Assembly (NCBI GenBank): GCA_963727445.1
Contig: CAVSGI010000021.1
Span: 544,001 to 608,000, forward strand
DNA from: an uncultured delta proteobacterium
GTDB lineage: Bacteria; Myxococcota_A; Polyangia; Polyangiales; B10-G4
Reading direction: 5' to 3'
DNA: 64,000 nucleotides
Under the pieces are notes generated by a model. It worked only from the letters and a program-made list of their open reading frames with translations, did not search any database and was not told where the DNA came from. A program made the translations under genes and the position numbers. Positions 41,419 to 51,299 of the stretch are shown piece after piece (the stretch's first letter is position 1; each line of letters opens with the position of its first letter).

Positions 41419-42227
41419 CCGGCCGTGGCCCCACCCGCGTTGAACATGTAGCCGACCAGGACCGCGGCGGCGAAGACGTAGCCCACCATGGTGCCGATGG
41501 CGGCGCGCCGGCCGCGCCAGCCAGCGGCCACCCTGAGCCCGAGGACCGCGGCGAAGACCAGCCAGGCGATGAGCGCGAAGCCCTGCGCGGCGGTGATGGC
41601 GGGAGCGTCCGGGTGGACTCGGACCGCCCAGATCCCACCGGTGACGATGCCGATCGTCAACAGCGGGAAGCCGACGGTGATCAGGCGGAAGCTCAGCATG
41701 TCGAGGACGTCGAGAGCGGGAAGGCGCTGAAAGAGACCGCCCAGCTTCTTGCGGCGCAGGAGCGCCTCCTGGATCAGGTAGGCCAGCGCCGTGGCGAAGG
41801 CGAGGGTGAAGGCCACCACGCCGAGGATGTTCACGCTGACGTGCACCGGCAGAAGGAAGGAGCGGACCTCCTGGGGGACCTCCTCCACGCTGTGGCCGAG
41901 GCTCGCGCCGAAGAGAAAGAGCAGGGTCACCGGGGTGATGAAGCCGCCCAGGACCGCGAGCTTGTAGCGGGTGCTCGCGATCAGATAGGCGAGGACGATC
42001 AGCAGAGACGCGAGGGACAGCGTCCGGTGGATGTCGCCGATGGGGGGGTTGCCCGCCGTCGCCCAGTCCGCGGCCAGAAAGCCGATGTGCAGGATCGCCG
42101 CCCCGACCAGTGCGTATTGTCCGAACTTGCCGGTGCGCTCCGTGCCCTTGGCCAGGTACGTGAGGTAGAGCGCACAGGCCACCGTGTAGAAGGCCACGGT
42201 CGCCACGAACAGTCCTGTGACGAGCAT
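41415..42227 (-). CDS. ccsA: Cytochrome c assembly protein (CcsA/HemX family)
   Basis: Multiple TM helices, LPVHV, RLPALDVLD, GIVTGGIWA, GWRGRRAA; directly upstream of hemA. Confidence 0.82.
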   Translation of the reverse strand: MLVTGLFVATVAFYTVACALYLTYLAKGTERTGKFGQYALVGAAILHIGFLAADWATAGNPPIGDIHRTLSLASLLIVLAYLIASTRYKLAVLGGFITPVTLLFLFGASLGHSVEEVPQEVRSFLLPVHVSVNILGVVAFTLAFATALAYLIQEALLRRKKLGGLFQRLPALDVLDMLSFRLITVGFPLLTIGIVTGGIWAVRVHPDAPAITAAQGFALIAWLVFAAVLGLRVAAGWRGRRAAIGTMVGYVFAAAVLVGYMFNAGGATAG

Positions 42228-42234
42228 GGGACCT

Positions 42235-42654
42235 CTACGAGTTGCTCAGGAAGAAGCGAGCGAGGAGATCGATCTCGCCTTCGTCGGTGGTCTCGCCGGT
42301 GGCGGCGGCGGCGGCAGCGGCGAGGTTGTCGCCGGTGACCATCGGCTCCTCTTCCAGGATCGGCTCGCCGACGAAGCCCTCGACCACCGTGTAGGCGTTG
42401 TCGCCGAGGATCACGGAATCGTACGCGTGCTCACCACCGAGCTCGGTCACCTGCTCGAGGTCCTTGACCTTGCCCACGAGCTGGGCTTCGTCGCCCCCTC
42501 CGGCCAGCTCTTCGACGAAGTGAAGGGCGGTCTTGAGGCGGAAGCGCTGTCCACCGGGCTGGAGCTTCATCTCGTCTCCTTCGACGTCGATGCGGCCCTT
42601 CTCCATCCAGGAGTCGAGCGCGTCTTGCGGAAGGAATACCCGGTTGAGACCCAT
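42235..42654 (-). CDS. Hypothetical acidic protein, first gene of the ccsA-hemA-hemC run
   Basis: 139-aa ORF with good codon bias, 7 bp upstream of ccsA. Confidence 0.7.
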   Translation of the reverse strand: MGLNRVFLPQDALDSWMEKGRIDVEGDEMKLQPGGQRFRLKTALHFVEELAGGGDEAQLVGKVKDLEQVTELGGEHAYDSVILGDNAYTVVEGFVGEPILEEEPMVTGDNLAAAAAAATGETTDEGEIDLLARFFLSNS

Positions 42655-42795
42655 GATTTCGAGGGTATCACGGGGCTCGGGGGGAGGGCACGTCCCCGCG
42701 GCCGGCCGAGCGGCGCGCGGTCTCGGGGATTGACAACGGACCACGCCCAACTACAAACATCCCGATATCGGGGACAGGCCCCACCGGGAGAGACC

Positions 42796-43125
42796 ATGGC
42801 TGGAAAGAACGTGCACGAAGTCAACGACCTCAACTTCGACCAGGAGGTCCTTCAGTCGGACGTTCCGGTGCTCGTCGACTTCACCGCGACATGGTGCGGA
42901 CCCTGCCGTCAGGTCTCCCCGCTGGTCGATCAAGTCGCCGACGAGTACGAGGGCAAGCTCAAGGTCACCAAGCTCGACATCGACGACGCCCCGGCCACCG
43001 CGCAGAAGTACGGCATCCGAGGCGTGCCCACCCTCTACGTCTTCAAGGGCGGCGAGGTCGTCGCCCAGCAGGTCGGCGCCGTCCCGAAGAACGTGATCCA
43101 GGCACTCGTAGAGCGCGCGCTCTAA
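42796..43125 (+). CDS. trxA: Thioredoxin
   Basis: VLVDFTATWCGPC, YGIRGVPTL; RBS GGGAGA. Confidence 0.97.
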   Translation: MAGKNVHEVNDLNFDQEVLQSDVPVLVDFTATWCGPCRQVSPLVDQVADEYEGKLKVTKLDIDDAPATAQKYGIRGVPTLYVFKGGEVVAQQVGAVPKNVIQALVERAL

Positions 43126-43698
43126 AGCGAGCGCTCCCAAAGGAGCGCGAGCCACGCAGAAGGCTCGTGGGAGCGAAGCGGAAGGCCTCGCAGCGAGGCC
43201 GAAGGCCTCGTCGCGAGGCCTGAAGCGCAGCGAGCACGAGCCGGTAGTGAGCCCAAGCGAGCGCTCCCAAAGGAGCGCGAGCCACGCAGAAGGCTCGTGG
43301 GAGCGAAGCGGAAGGCCTCGCAGCGAGGCGGAAGGCCTCGTGGCGAGGCCTGAAGCGCAGCGAGCACGAGCCGGTAGTGAGCCCAAGCGAGCGCTCCCAA
43401 AGGAGCGCGAGCCACGCAGAAGGCTCGTGGGAGCGAAGCGGAAGGCCTCGCAGCGAGGCGGAAGGCCTCGTGGCGAGGCCTGAAGCGCAGCGAGCACGAG
43501 CCGGTAGTGAGCCAAGCGAGCGCTCCCAAAGGAGCGCGAGCCACGCAGAAGGCTCGTGGGAGCGAAGCGGAAGGCCTCGCAGCGAGGCGGAAGGCCTCGT
43601 GGCGAGGCCTGAAGCGCAGCGAGCACGAGCCGGTAGTGAGCCCAAGCGAGCGCTCCCAAAGGAGCGCGAGCCACGCAGAAGGCTCGTGGGAGCGAAGC
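43126..43698. repeat. Tandem array of about 4.4 near-identical 130-bp multi-hairpin units
   Basis: GCGCTCCCAA recurs at 43131, 43261, 43391, 43520 and 43650, between convergent trxA and the pseudokinase. Confidence 0.95.
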
Positions 43699-43710
43699 GC
43701 CCCCCGCCCG

Positions 43711-46023
43711 CTACTGCCCGGAGTTCCCCGACTCCTGCTGCAGCTGCAGAAAGCGCTGCTGAAGCCGGCGCTCGCGCTCGGCTTCGGCGCGCCGGTGAGA
43801 CGCGATCAAGACGCCTCCCAGGATGATGACGGAGGCGAGGACCACGGCGCCGATGAGGATCCACTTGCCCATCGTCGACTGGCGCGCGGCGAGGGGTGCG
43901 GCGTAGGGCGCGACGGCGGTCGCGCCGATGCTCGACTCCTCGTCGGCATCGTAGTCGTCGCCTGACACCACGACCTTGGGCGTCGGATCGCGACGCTTCT
44001 CCAAGGGCGGCGTCGACTTCGGCGCCGCCGCCGGGGCGGCCTGCGGCGGCGGCGCGGAGGCGGGTGCGGCCGACGGCGCAGGCTTGGAGGTGCGCTTGGG
44101 TGCGGGCGGCAAGCGTCCGGGCGGAGGCGCGACGGGCGTGGGCGCTGCCTTCTGGGCGGGTGCCGCCTGCTGGGTGGGTGCTGCCGCCTTCTGGGCGGGT
44201 GCCGCCTGCTGGGCGGGCGCCGGCTGCTGGGCGGGTGCCGGCGGTAGACGCTTCTTGGCCTTCGCCTTCGCCGCGGCGGGCGCGGGCTTGGCCTTGGCCT
44301 CTGCCTCGGCCTCTGCCTGCATCTCCACGCCGAGCGCAGCGCGCATCAAGCGGGGATCGATGTCGGGGACGCTGACCTTTCGCTTCCGCGCGGGCGATCC
44401 GTCGTCGTCGCCACCGAGCGCAGCGGCGAGCAGATGCGGAGCGACGCGATCGTCGCCACCGTCGCGGTCGACCGAGCGCGCTTCGAGGATGTCTTCGGCG
44501 CGAACCTGCTGGGTGCCTTCGGCTGCGGGCTTCGGCTCGTCCTCGTCCTCGTCGACGACCTCGAGGAGATCGTCGGCGTGAAGTTGCTGCGTGCCGTCCG
44601 CGCTCTTCTTCCTCGGCTTCCGCCTCGGTTCCTTCGCGCGAGGCGTGGTCTTGCTGGACGGAAGCTCTTCGAGATCCTCGGCGAGGATCTCCTGCGTGCC
44701 GCCTTGGGCCGCTCCCTCCGGAAGGCCGACCTTGCGCTTGGCGTCGGTGGGCTCGTCGTCGAGGATGTCTTCGGCGAGGATCTCCTGGGTGCCTTCCTTC
44801 GCAGCGCCCTCGGGCAGTCCCTTCCCCCGCGGCCGGACGTCCTCTTTGCGCGTGCGCGGATGCGTGTGCTCGTCGCTCTCCGTCCGCGCGAGGGGCCGCG
44901 CCCTCTCCGTCAGCGCGAGATCGTCGTACTCCTCGTCGTGATCGAGCGCCTGCCCCAGCGCCTCGGCCGCGGCTTCGGGGCTCATCGAGGGTACTTTCGC
45001 GGTGTTGTCGACCAGATCGAGGCTCGTCTCCTCGATCGTATCCATCCGGAGCGCACGCCGGTTGCGCGTCGCGCCCATCGGCGTGGGCTCGACGACTTCG
45101 TCCGGGGGGAGCAAGAGGCCGCTCGTCGGCTTGCCGGAAGCTCTCTCTGCGTCTTCGTACGCACCGGGATCGACGCTGGGGATCGGGAGGTCCGCCGCGC
45201 GCGCGATCGCTTCCACCAACGCACCGAGCGTCTCCGGCCTCTTCTTCGGATCTCTGGCGAGGAGCGGGTTCAGCGCGTCAGCGATCGACCGCAGCTCCTT
45301 GGGTGCGCTCGCTCCCGGCACTGGCAGCCGTCCGGTCAAGCACTCGAAGGCGACGCAGGCGACGCCGAAGCGATCGGCCGCCCCACCCGAGATCCCTTGC
45401 GCGAGCTCGGGGGCCATCGTCCGCGACAGCACGGGATCTCCCTGCGCGGCGCTCGCCACCGACACGGGCGGCAGCGCCGAGACCACGAACGGAAAGGTGA
45501 GGGTCAGCCCGTCTTGCCCGAGCCAGATGCGATCCAGGCGGACGTCTCCGTGATGAAGCGGCGGCGGGAGCGCTTCGACCGCCGCGGCGAGCCGCGCGAT
45601 CACCGGCAACACCTCCTTGGGCGACAGCACGTCGGACCGAGCGCGCCGCGCCGTCAGGACCTCGCGCAGGCTGGCGCCGGTGGTCGGCGCTTCCACGACG
45701 TAGAGCCGGTCCTTGTCGTCGACGTCTGCGTCGAGGAGGCCCGGGACGAACCTGTTGCCGATGCCGATGGTCTGCGAGAGCGCATCGGCCACGGCGCGCG
45801 GCGGGGTCTTGCCCAACAGGAACGGGTCGACGAGCCGGAGGATGCACGGCTTCTCCGTCTCTTGATCCTGGGCGCGATGGTTCGTCGCGAACGGATCACG
45901 ACCGATCCGTTCGAGGATCTCGTAGCGTTCGCCGAGCACCTCGCCGGGTCGCGCCCCCCTGCTCCGAGTCACCGGCGATCCGGTGATGTCGGTAGTCGGG
46001 CCTTGCTCATGACGGCTCGCCAT
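43711..46023 (-). CDS. Ser/Thr pseudokinase with long acidic/Pro-Ala linker and C-terminal TM anchor
   Basis: RYEILERIG, HHGDV, MAPE and ADRFG are retained, but the Gly loop, VAIK Lys and DFG are degenerate. TM WILIGAVVLASVIILGGVLIA. Confidence 0.78.
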   Translation of the reverse strand: MASRHEQGPTTDITGSPVTRSRGARPGEVLGERYEILERIGRDPFATNHRAQDQETEKPCILRLVDPFLLGKTPPRAVADALSQTIGIGNRFVPGLLDADVDDKDRLYVVEAPTTGASLREVLTARRARSDVLSPKEVLPVIARLAAAVEALPPPLHHGDVRLDRIWLGQDGLTLTFPFVVSALPPVSVASAAQGDPVLSRTMAPELAQGISGGAADRFGVACVAFECLTGRLPVPGASAPKELRSIADALNPLLARDPKKRPETLGALVEAIARAADLPIPSVDPGAYEDAERASGKPTSGLLLPPDEVVEPTPMGATRNRRALRMDTIEETSLDLVDNTAKVPSMSPEAAAEALGQALDHDEEYDDLALTERARPLARTESDEHTHPRTRKEDVRPRGKGLPEGAAKEGTQEILAEDILDDEPTDAKRKVGLPEGAAQGGTQEILAEDLEELPSSKTTPRAKEPRRKPRKKSADGTQQLHADDLLEVVDEDEDEPKPAAEGTQQVRAEDILEARSVDRDGGDDRVAPHLLAAALGGDDDGSPARKRKVSVPDIDPRLMRAALGVEMQAEAEAEAKAKPAPAAAKAKAKKRLPPAPAQQPAPAQQAAPAQKAAAPTQQAAPAQKAAPTPVAPPPGRLPPAPKRTSKPAPSAAPASAPPPQAAPAAAPKSTPPLEKRRDPTPKVVVSGDDYDADEESSIGATAVAPYAAPLAARQSTMGKWILIGAVVLASVIILGGVLIASHRRAEAERERRLQQRFLQLQQESGNSGQ

Positions 46024-46094
46024 CGATCCCGCGGGAAATTATCACAAGACGGGGACGTCCCGCCCGATCCAGGACGGAGTCGACCCGACTGGGC

Positions 46095-46541
46095 TCATTT
46101 GCGCCCGGTACTGCCGAAGCCACCGCCTCCGCGGGCGGTGGTTTCGAGGGATTCGGCCCTCTCGACCCGAACTCGGGTCACCGGCGCCACCACGAGCTGG
46201 GCGATTCGTTCGCCCGGCTCGATGGCGTAGGCCTCCTCACCGAGGTTCACGAGCAGGACCTTCACCTCGCCGCGATAGTCCTCGTCGATGGTGCCCGGTG
46301 CGTTGGTGACGGTGATCCCGTGCTTGGCAGCGAGGCCCGAGCGCGGTCGCACCTGTCCCTCGTGGCCCGGCGGCAGCGCGATGGCGATCCCGGTGGGAAC
46401 GATCGCACGCCCGCGCGCCTCGAGGCGCAGAGGCGCCTCGAGGCAGGCCGTGAGGTCGAGCCCCGCGGCGCCATCGCTGGCATAGCGGGGCTCGCTCGCG
46501 TCCGCCGAGAGAAGGCGGACGCGGAGCGTCGGCTCGCTCAC
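46095..46541 (-). CDS. dut: dUTP diphosphatase
   Basis: AAGLDL, RPRSGLA, PGTIDEDYRGE, ERIAQ, RGGGGFGSTG. Confidence 0.97.
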   Translation of the reverse strand: MSEPTLRVRLLSADASEPRYASDGAAGLDLTACLEAPLRLEARGRAIVPTGIAIALPPGHEGQVRPRSGLAAKHGITVTNAPGTIDEDYRGEVKVLLVNLGEEAYAIEPGERIAQLVVAPVTRVRVERAESLETTARGGGGFGSTGRK

Positions 46542-46546
46542 TCGCC

Positions 46547-49120
46547 TCAGGCCCGGTCGCCGTCGCGGTCGCGGTCGCGGTCGCCACGCTCACGGTCGCC
46601 GCGCTCACGGTCGCCACGCTCACGGTCGCCACGCTCGCGGTCGCCACGCTCGCGGTCGCCGCGCTCGCGGTCGCCGCGCTCGCGGTCGCCACGCTCGCGG
46701 TCGCCACGCTCGCGGTCGCCACGGTTGCGGTCGCGGTCACGGTCACGGTCACGGTCACGGTCACCGCGTCCACCGCGGTCGCGATCACGGTCGCGTCCGC
46801 CGCGTCCACCGCGGTCGTCGTCGTCGCGGCGACGCCGACGGCGACGCTCGCCGCCACCCTCACCGCCGCGGTCGCGGTCGCGATCACGATCGCGCCCACG
46901 TCCGCCGCCGCCGCGTCCACCGCGATCACGATCACGGTCGCGCCCGCCGCGTCCGCCGCGGTCACGGTCACGTCCGCCGCGGTCGCCGCGCTCGCGCTCG
47001 GGCGGAGGCTCCCAGCCCTCGGGCTTCGGGAGGAGCTCCTTGCGGCTGAGCTTGATCTTGCCGTCGCGGTCGATGTTGCTGACCACGACCTCGACCTCGT
47101 CGCCGAGGTCCATGTGGTCCTCGACCTTGTCCACGTGCTCCCACGCGAAGTCGGAGATGTGGAGCAGGCCGTCCTTGCCGGGAGCGATCTCGAGGAACGC
47201 ACCGTAGCGTTCGACGCGCCGCACGATGCCCTTGTACTTCTTGCCGACCTCCGGCTCGGTGGTCAGGCCTTCGATGATCTCGATGGCCTTCTTGACCGCC
47301 TCGGAGTCGTGGTGGGCGATCGACACGGTGCCGTCGTCCTCGACGTTGATCGCGCAGCCGGTCTGGTCGGTGATCGCCTTGATCATCTTGCCGCCGGGGC
47401 CGATGACGAGGCGGATCTGGTCCGGCTTGACCTTGATGGGTGTGGATGCGCGGCGCGTACTTGCTGAGCTCCTCGCGGGGACGATCGAGGACCTCGTTCA
47501 TCTTGTCGAGGATGTGCAGCCGGCCGTCGCTGGCCTGCTTCGAGCGCCTGCGTCCATGATCTTCGCGGACAGGCCCTCGATCTTGATGTCCATCTGGATG
47601 GCGGTGACGCCCTTCTCGGTGCCGCAGACCTTGAAGTCCATGTCGCCGAGGTGGTCCTCGTCGCCCAGGATGTCGGTGAGGATGGCGTAGTCGTCGCCCT
47701 CCTTGATGAGGCCCATGGCCACGCCGGCGACCGGCGCCTTGATCGGCACGCCGGCGTCCATCAGCGCGAGGGCGCCGCCGCAGACGCGTCGCCATCGACG
47801 AGCGAGCCGTTCGACTCGGTGATCTCCGAGACGATGCGGATGGTGTAGGGGAAGTCCTCCGTGCTCGGGATCAGCGCGGTGAGCGCGCGCTCGGCCAGGT
47901 TGCCGTGGCCGATCTCGCGACGGCCCGGGCCGCGCATGAAGCGCGTCTCGCCGACCGAGTAGGGCGGGAAGTTGTAGTGGAGCATGAAGCGCTTCCAGTA
48001 CGGTCCTCGAGAGCCCGTCGATCTTCTGCTCGTCGGTCGCGGTGCCGAGGGTCGTGGTGACGATGGCCTGGGTCTCGCCGCGGGTGAAGAGCGCCGAGCC
48101 GTGGGTGCGCGGAAGCCAGCCCGACCTCGATGCTGATCGGCCGAACGGTCGTCGAGTCGCGACCGTCGACGCGGCGTCTTGTCGAACAGGACCTGCGCGC
48201 GCATCGTGTTCGTACTTGAGGTCGCTCGTAGGCCTCCTTGATGTCGCCTTCCTGCTCGGGATACTTCTCCGCGAGCGCGGCGACGGCTTCCTTCTTCACG
48301 TCGGCTTGAACTTGCCGTAGCGCGCGTGCTTCTCGGCGATGTTGCAGGCTTCCTTGATGCCGGTCGAGGCCGACTTCCTTGACGCTCGCGGCGGATCTCG
48401 GAGGCGCAGCGACGGGCGGCTCGTAGCTCCCACTTCTCGTCGCCGGCGGCCTCGCGGAGCTTCTCGATGAGCTCGAGCATCGCCCTGGACCGCTTCGTGG
48501 CCGAAGAAGATGGCCTCGATGAGGTCGTCCTCGCTCATCTCGTCGGCGCTCGCCCTCGACCATGACGATCGCGTCCTTGCTGGCGCGCGATGATCAGCTC
48601 GCAGTCGCTCTCCGCGAGCTCGGAGACGGTCGGGTTGGCGACGAACTTCGCCGTCCACCCGACCGACGCGAACGCCCGCGATCGGGCCGGCCCAGGGGAT
48701 GGGCGATTGTGCGAGGGCCGCCGCGCAGCCGATCATGGCCAGCACGTCGGAGAGGTTCTCGCCGTCGGCCGACAGGACGGTGGCGATGACCTGGATCTCG
48801 TTGCGGTAGCCGTCGGGGAAGAGGGGGCGGCAGGGCCGGTCGATGAGGCGCGAGGTCAGGACCTCGTGGTCGCGAAGCCGACCTTCACGCTTGAAGAACC
48901 CGCCGGGGATCTTGCCCGCGGCGTACGTCTTCTCGATGTAGTCGACGGTCAGCGGAAGGAAGTTCTGGAAGGGCTTCGCTTCCTTTGCACCGCAGACGGT
49001 GCAGAGGACGACGGTGTCGCCGCTGCGAATGATGACGGATCCCTGCGCTTGCTTCGCGACGCGTCCGGTTTCGATCGAAACGACCTTGTCGCCGATCTTG
49101 ACGCTTTCCTTGATGATCAC
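46547..49120 (-). CDS. pnp: Polyribonucleotide nucleotidyltransferase; several frameshifts at 47.4-48.7 kb and a long R/D/G C-terminal tail
   Basis: [70 protein letters not shown] and S1 domains. GTG start with GGAGGAGA RBS, downstream of rpsO. Confidence 0.95.
46578..46723. repeat. 15-bp coding tandem repeat (about 9.7 copies) encoding RGDRE in pnp
   Basis: CGGTCGCCRCGCTCR repeated nine times plus a partial copy. Confidence 0.9.
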
Positions 49121-49327
49121 TTGGGCTATCTCCTCCGGACCCCTCGGCCCGGCTCGGACAAATGTGGTAGCCCGCGAACGACGCAAAGTGCGCTCGGTCC
49201 TCGGCCGGGTCATCCGACTCGCGCACGACTCCGAAAGAGCCGGCCGAAGATCGAACCCGCACCGCGGCGTCCGCTGGCCACCGGGTGACGAGCGGAGCAA
49301 CGGCCCCGCCCATCGATGGCGGGACGC

Positions 49328-49597
49328 TTACTTACGAATCCCGAGAGCTTCGATGATTTTGCGATAACGCTCGACGTTCTTGCCGCGAACGTAATCGAGG
49401 AGCCGCCGGCGGCGGCTGACGAGCTTGAGCAGCCCGCGACGCGAGTGATGATCCTTCTTGTGCGTCTGGAAGTGCTCAGTCAGGTAGTTGATGCGCTCGG
49501 TGAGCAGAGCGATCTGAACCTCGGGCGACCCGGTGTCGCTGGCCGTGAGCTGGAAGGCTTCGATGATCTCGCGCTTACGATCTTGAAGAAGTGCCAT
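49328..49597 (-). CDS. rpsO: 30S ribosomal protein S15
   Basis: [25 protein letters not shown]. Confidence 0.98.
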   Translation of the reverse strand: MALLQDRKREIIEAFQLTASDTGSPEVQIALLTERINYLTEHFQTHKKDHHSRRGLLKLVSRRRRLLDYVRGKNVERYRKIIEALGIRK

Positions 49598-49721
49598 GGT
49601 CGGCTTACTCGCTACGGGCGCCCACGCGCCCAGAATGAATCACGTTTCTCCGATTTTCGGACGGCGGACTATGTCCCGGGGGTGGGGGGGCGTCAAGCCA
49701 TTGGGGGACTAGATCGTAGGT

Positions 49722-50567
49722 ATGGAGGATCCTGGAGAAATTCGAAACTCCGACGGTGGCCGGCGGGCCCTGGTCACGGGTGCCTCGAAGGGGGTGGGGC
49801 TGGCCGTGGTGCGGCGGCTGGCCATGGAAGGGGCCCGCATCGCCCTCGTCGCCCGCGGCGCGGAGGCGCTCGAGGCGGCAGCCGAGCAGGTGCGCCGCGC
49901 CGGAGCGGAGGCGATCGCCTTGCGGGCGGACGTCTCGAAGCTCGATGAATGCGCGCGGGTCGTCAGCGAGACCGTCGCCGCTTTCGGCGGCCTCGACCTC
50001 CTCGTCAACAACGCGGGCGCTCACGTGCGCGGCACCTTCGCCGAGCTCGCGCCGGCGGACGTCGCGACCATGGTGGACGTCAACACCCGTGCCCCGCTCG
50101 TTCTGATCGCACACGCGCTGCCGCACCTCGCGCGCGCCCAGGGCTCCATCGTCAACGTCGCCTCCATCGCAGGCATGGCACCGCTGCCGGGCGCGGCCGT
50201 CTACAGCGGCACCAAGTTCGCCCTTCGCGCCTTTTCGATCGCGCTCCGCGAAGAGCTGAAGGACAGCGGCGTCTCGGTCTCCCTCGTGTCTCCGGGGCCC
50301 ATCGAGGACACCGGCTTCCTCATGGACCACGTCGAAGAAGCGGCCGACATCCTCTTCGCCCAGCCGATGAGCACCGCGGACGAGATCGCGGAGCTGGTGA
50401 TCGCGTCGGCGCGCGACGGCCGGCGCGAACGCGCGACGCCGCTGAGGACCTCGCTCCTGGCGAGTGCCTCCTACCTGGTGCCGGGGCTGAGGAGCGTCTT
50501 CGAGCCGATGATCCGGCGGCGGGGCGCACGGAACAAGGCGCGCCTGCTCGAAAGGCGCCGGCGTTGA
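49722..50567 (+). CDS. SDR family oxidoreductase
   Basis: TGASKGVG, NNAG, YSGTK. Confidence 0.92.
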   Translation: MEDPGEIRNSDGGRRALVTGASKGVGLAVVRRLAMEGARIALVARGAEALEAAAEQVRRAGAEAIALRADVSKLDECARVVSETVAAFGGLDLLVNNAGAHVRGTFAELAPADVATMVDVNTRAPLVLIAHALPHLARAQGSIVNVASIAGMAPLPGAAVYSGTKFALRAFSIALREELKDSGVSVSLVSPGPIEDTGFLMDHVEEAADILFAQPMSTADEIAELVIASARDGRRERATPLRTSLLASASYLVPGLRSVFEPMIRRRGARNKARLLERRRR

Positions 50568-50571
50568 CGTC

Positions 50572-51288
50572 ATGGGTGACTACGAAGTCGCACGCACGTT
50601 CAACACGCTCTTCCCCGTCCTCGACCTGACGTGGCTGGTCGTGCTGTCGGGGCTGCTCTTCACGACCGGGCGCCGGGTCGCGCTCGTCGTCGCGCTGGTG
50701 GCGGGGGTGATCTACATCGCCGTCGACTACGGCTATTTCCATCTCTGGCTCGGTACGCGGGAGGTCGTCGGCGCCGACCCGCTGCTCCTCTTGACCTGGC
50801 TCTCCATGTCCTACGGCATGACGAACTTCGCCTGGATCTGGCTCATGCTCTCCCGGGACCGGCATTGGCTGCGCTGGTCGCTCGCGATCCTGGGCGCGTG
50901 GCTCGTCATCGCCGTCGGCAGCCAGCTTCTCGGCGACGGCTTCGACACGATCCAGATCCGTCGCGGCACCCAGGGCTACCACGGCGGCATGATCGCCATC
51001 CTGGTCGTCGGCTACGGCGCGCTCGCCCTCCGGAACTGGCGCGCGGAGGCGCTGGGGGTGGAGAAGGTGAGTCTCCTCTGGCTATGCGCGATCGGCGTCG
51101 CCGTGCAGCTCGGGTGGGAGTCGGTGCTCCTGGTGTCCGGCATCCGTCCCACGCGCTTCGAGCCCTTGATCGTCGACTCGCTCATCGAGACCAACCTCGG
51201 AATGCCCTACGTCTACCTCATCCATCGCGCGGTCTCGCGACGCTTTCGGGACCGCGGCCAACGCGCGCCGGTCTTCGCAGAGCGCTGA
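50572..51288 (+). CDS. Integral membrane protein of unknown function
   Basis: About seven hydrophobic helices; follows the SDR gene by 4 bp. Confidence 0.7.
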   Translation: MGDYEVARTFNTLFPVLDLTWLVVLSGLLFTTGRRVALVVALVAGVIYIAVDYGYFHLWLGTREVVGADPLLLLTWLSMSYGMTNFAWIWLMLSRDRHWLRWSLAILGAWLVIAVGSQLLGDGFDTIQIRRGTQGYHGGMIAILVVGYGALALRNWRAEALGVEKVSLLWLCAIGVAVQLGWESVLLVSGIRPTRFEPLIVDSLIETNLGMPYVYLIHRAVSRRFRDRGQRAPVFAER

Positions 51289-51299
51289 GCGTCGCCGGG

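Noticed and set aside
43126..43698. CRISPR array, or coding ORFs across the 130-bp repeats
   Set aside because: Units are near-identical along their whole length with no spacers; the translated ORFs are repeat artefacts.
46320..47207. SR-rich (RSRSP) plus-strand ORF resembling a splicing factor
   Set aside because: It is the antisense reading of the pnp RGDRE/RD tail.
49121..49327. Named ncRNA in the rpsO-pnp spacer
   Set aside because: A stem (TCGGCCGG/CCGGCCGA) is present and fits an ordinary pnp leader or processing structure, but there is not enough evidence for a specific call.
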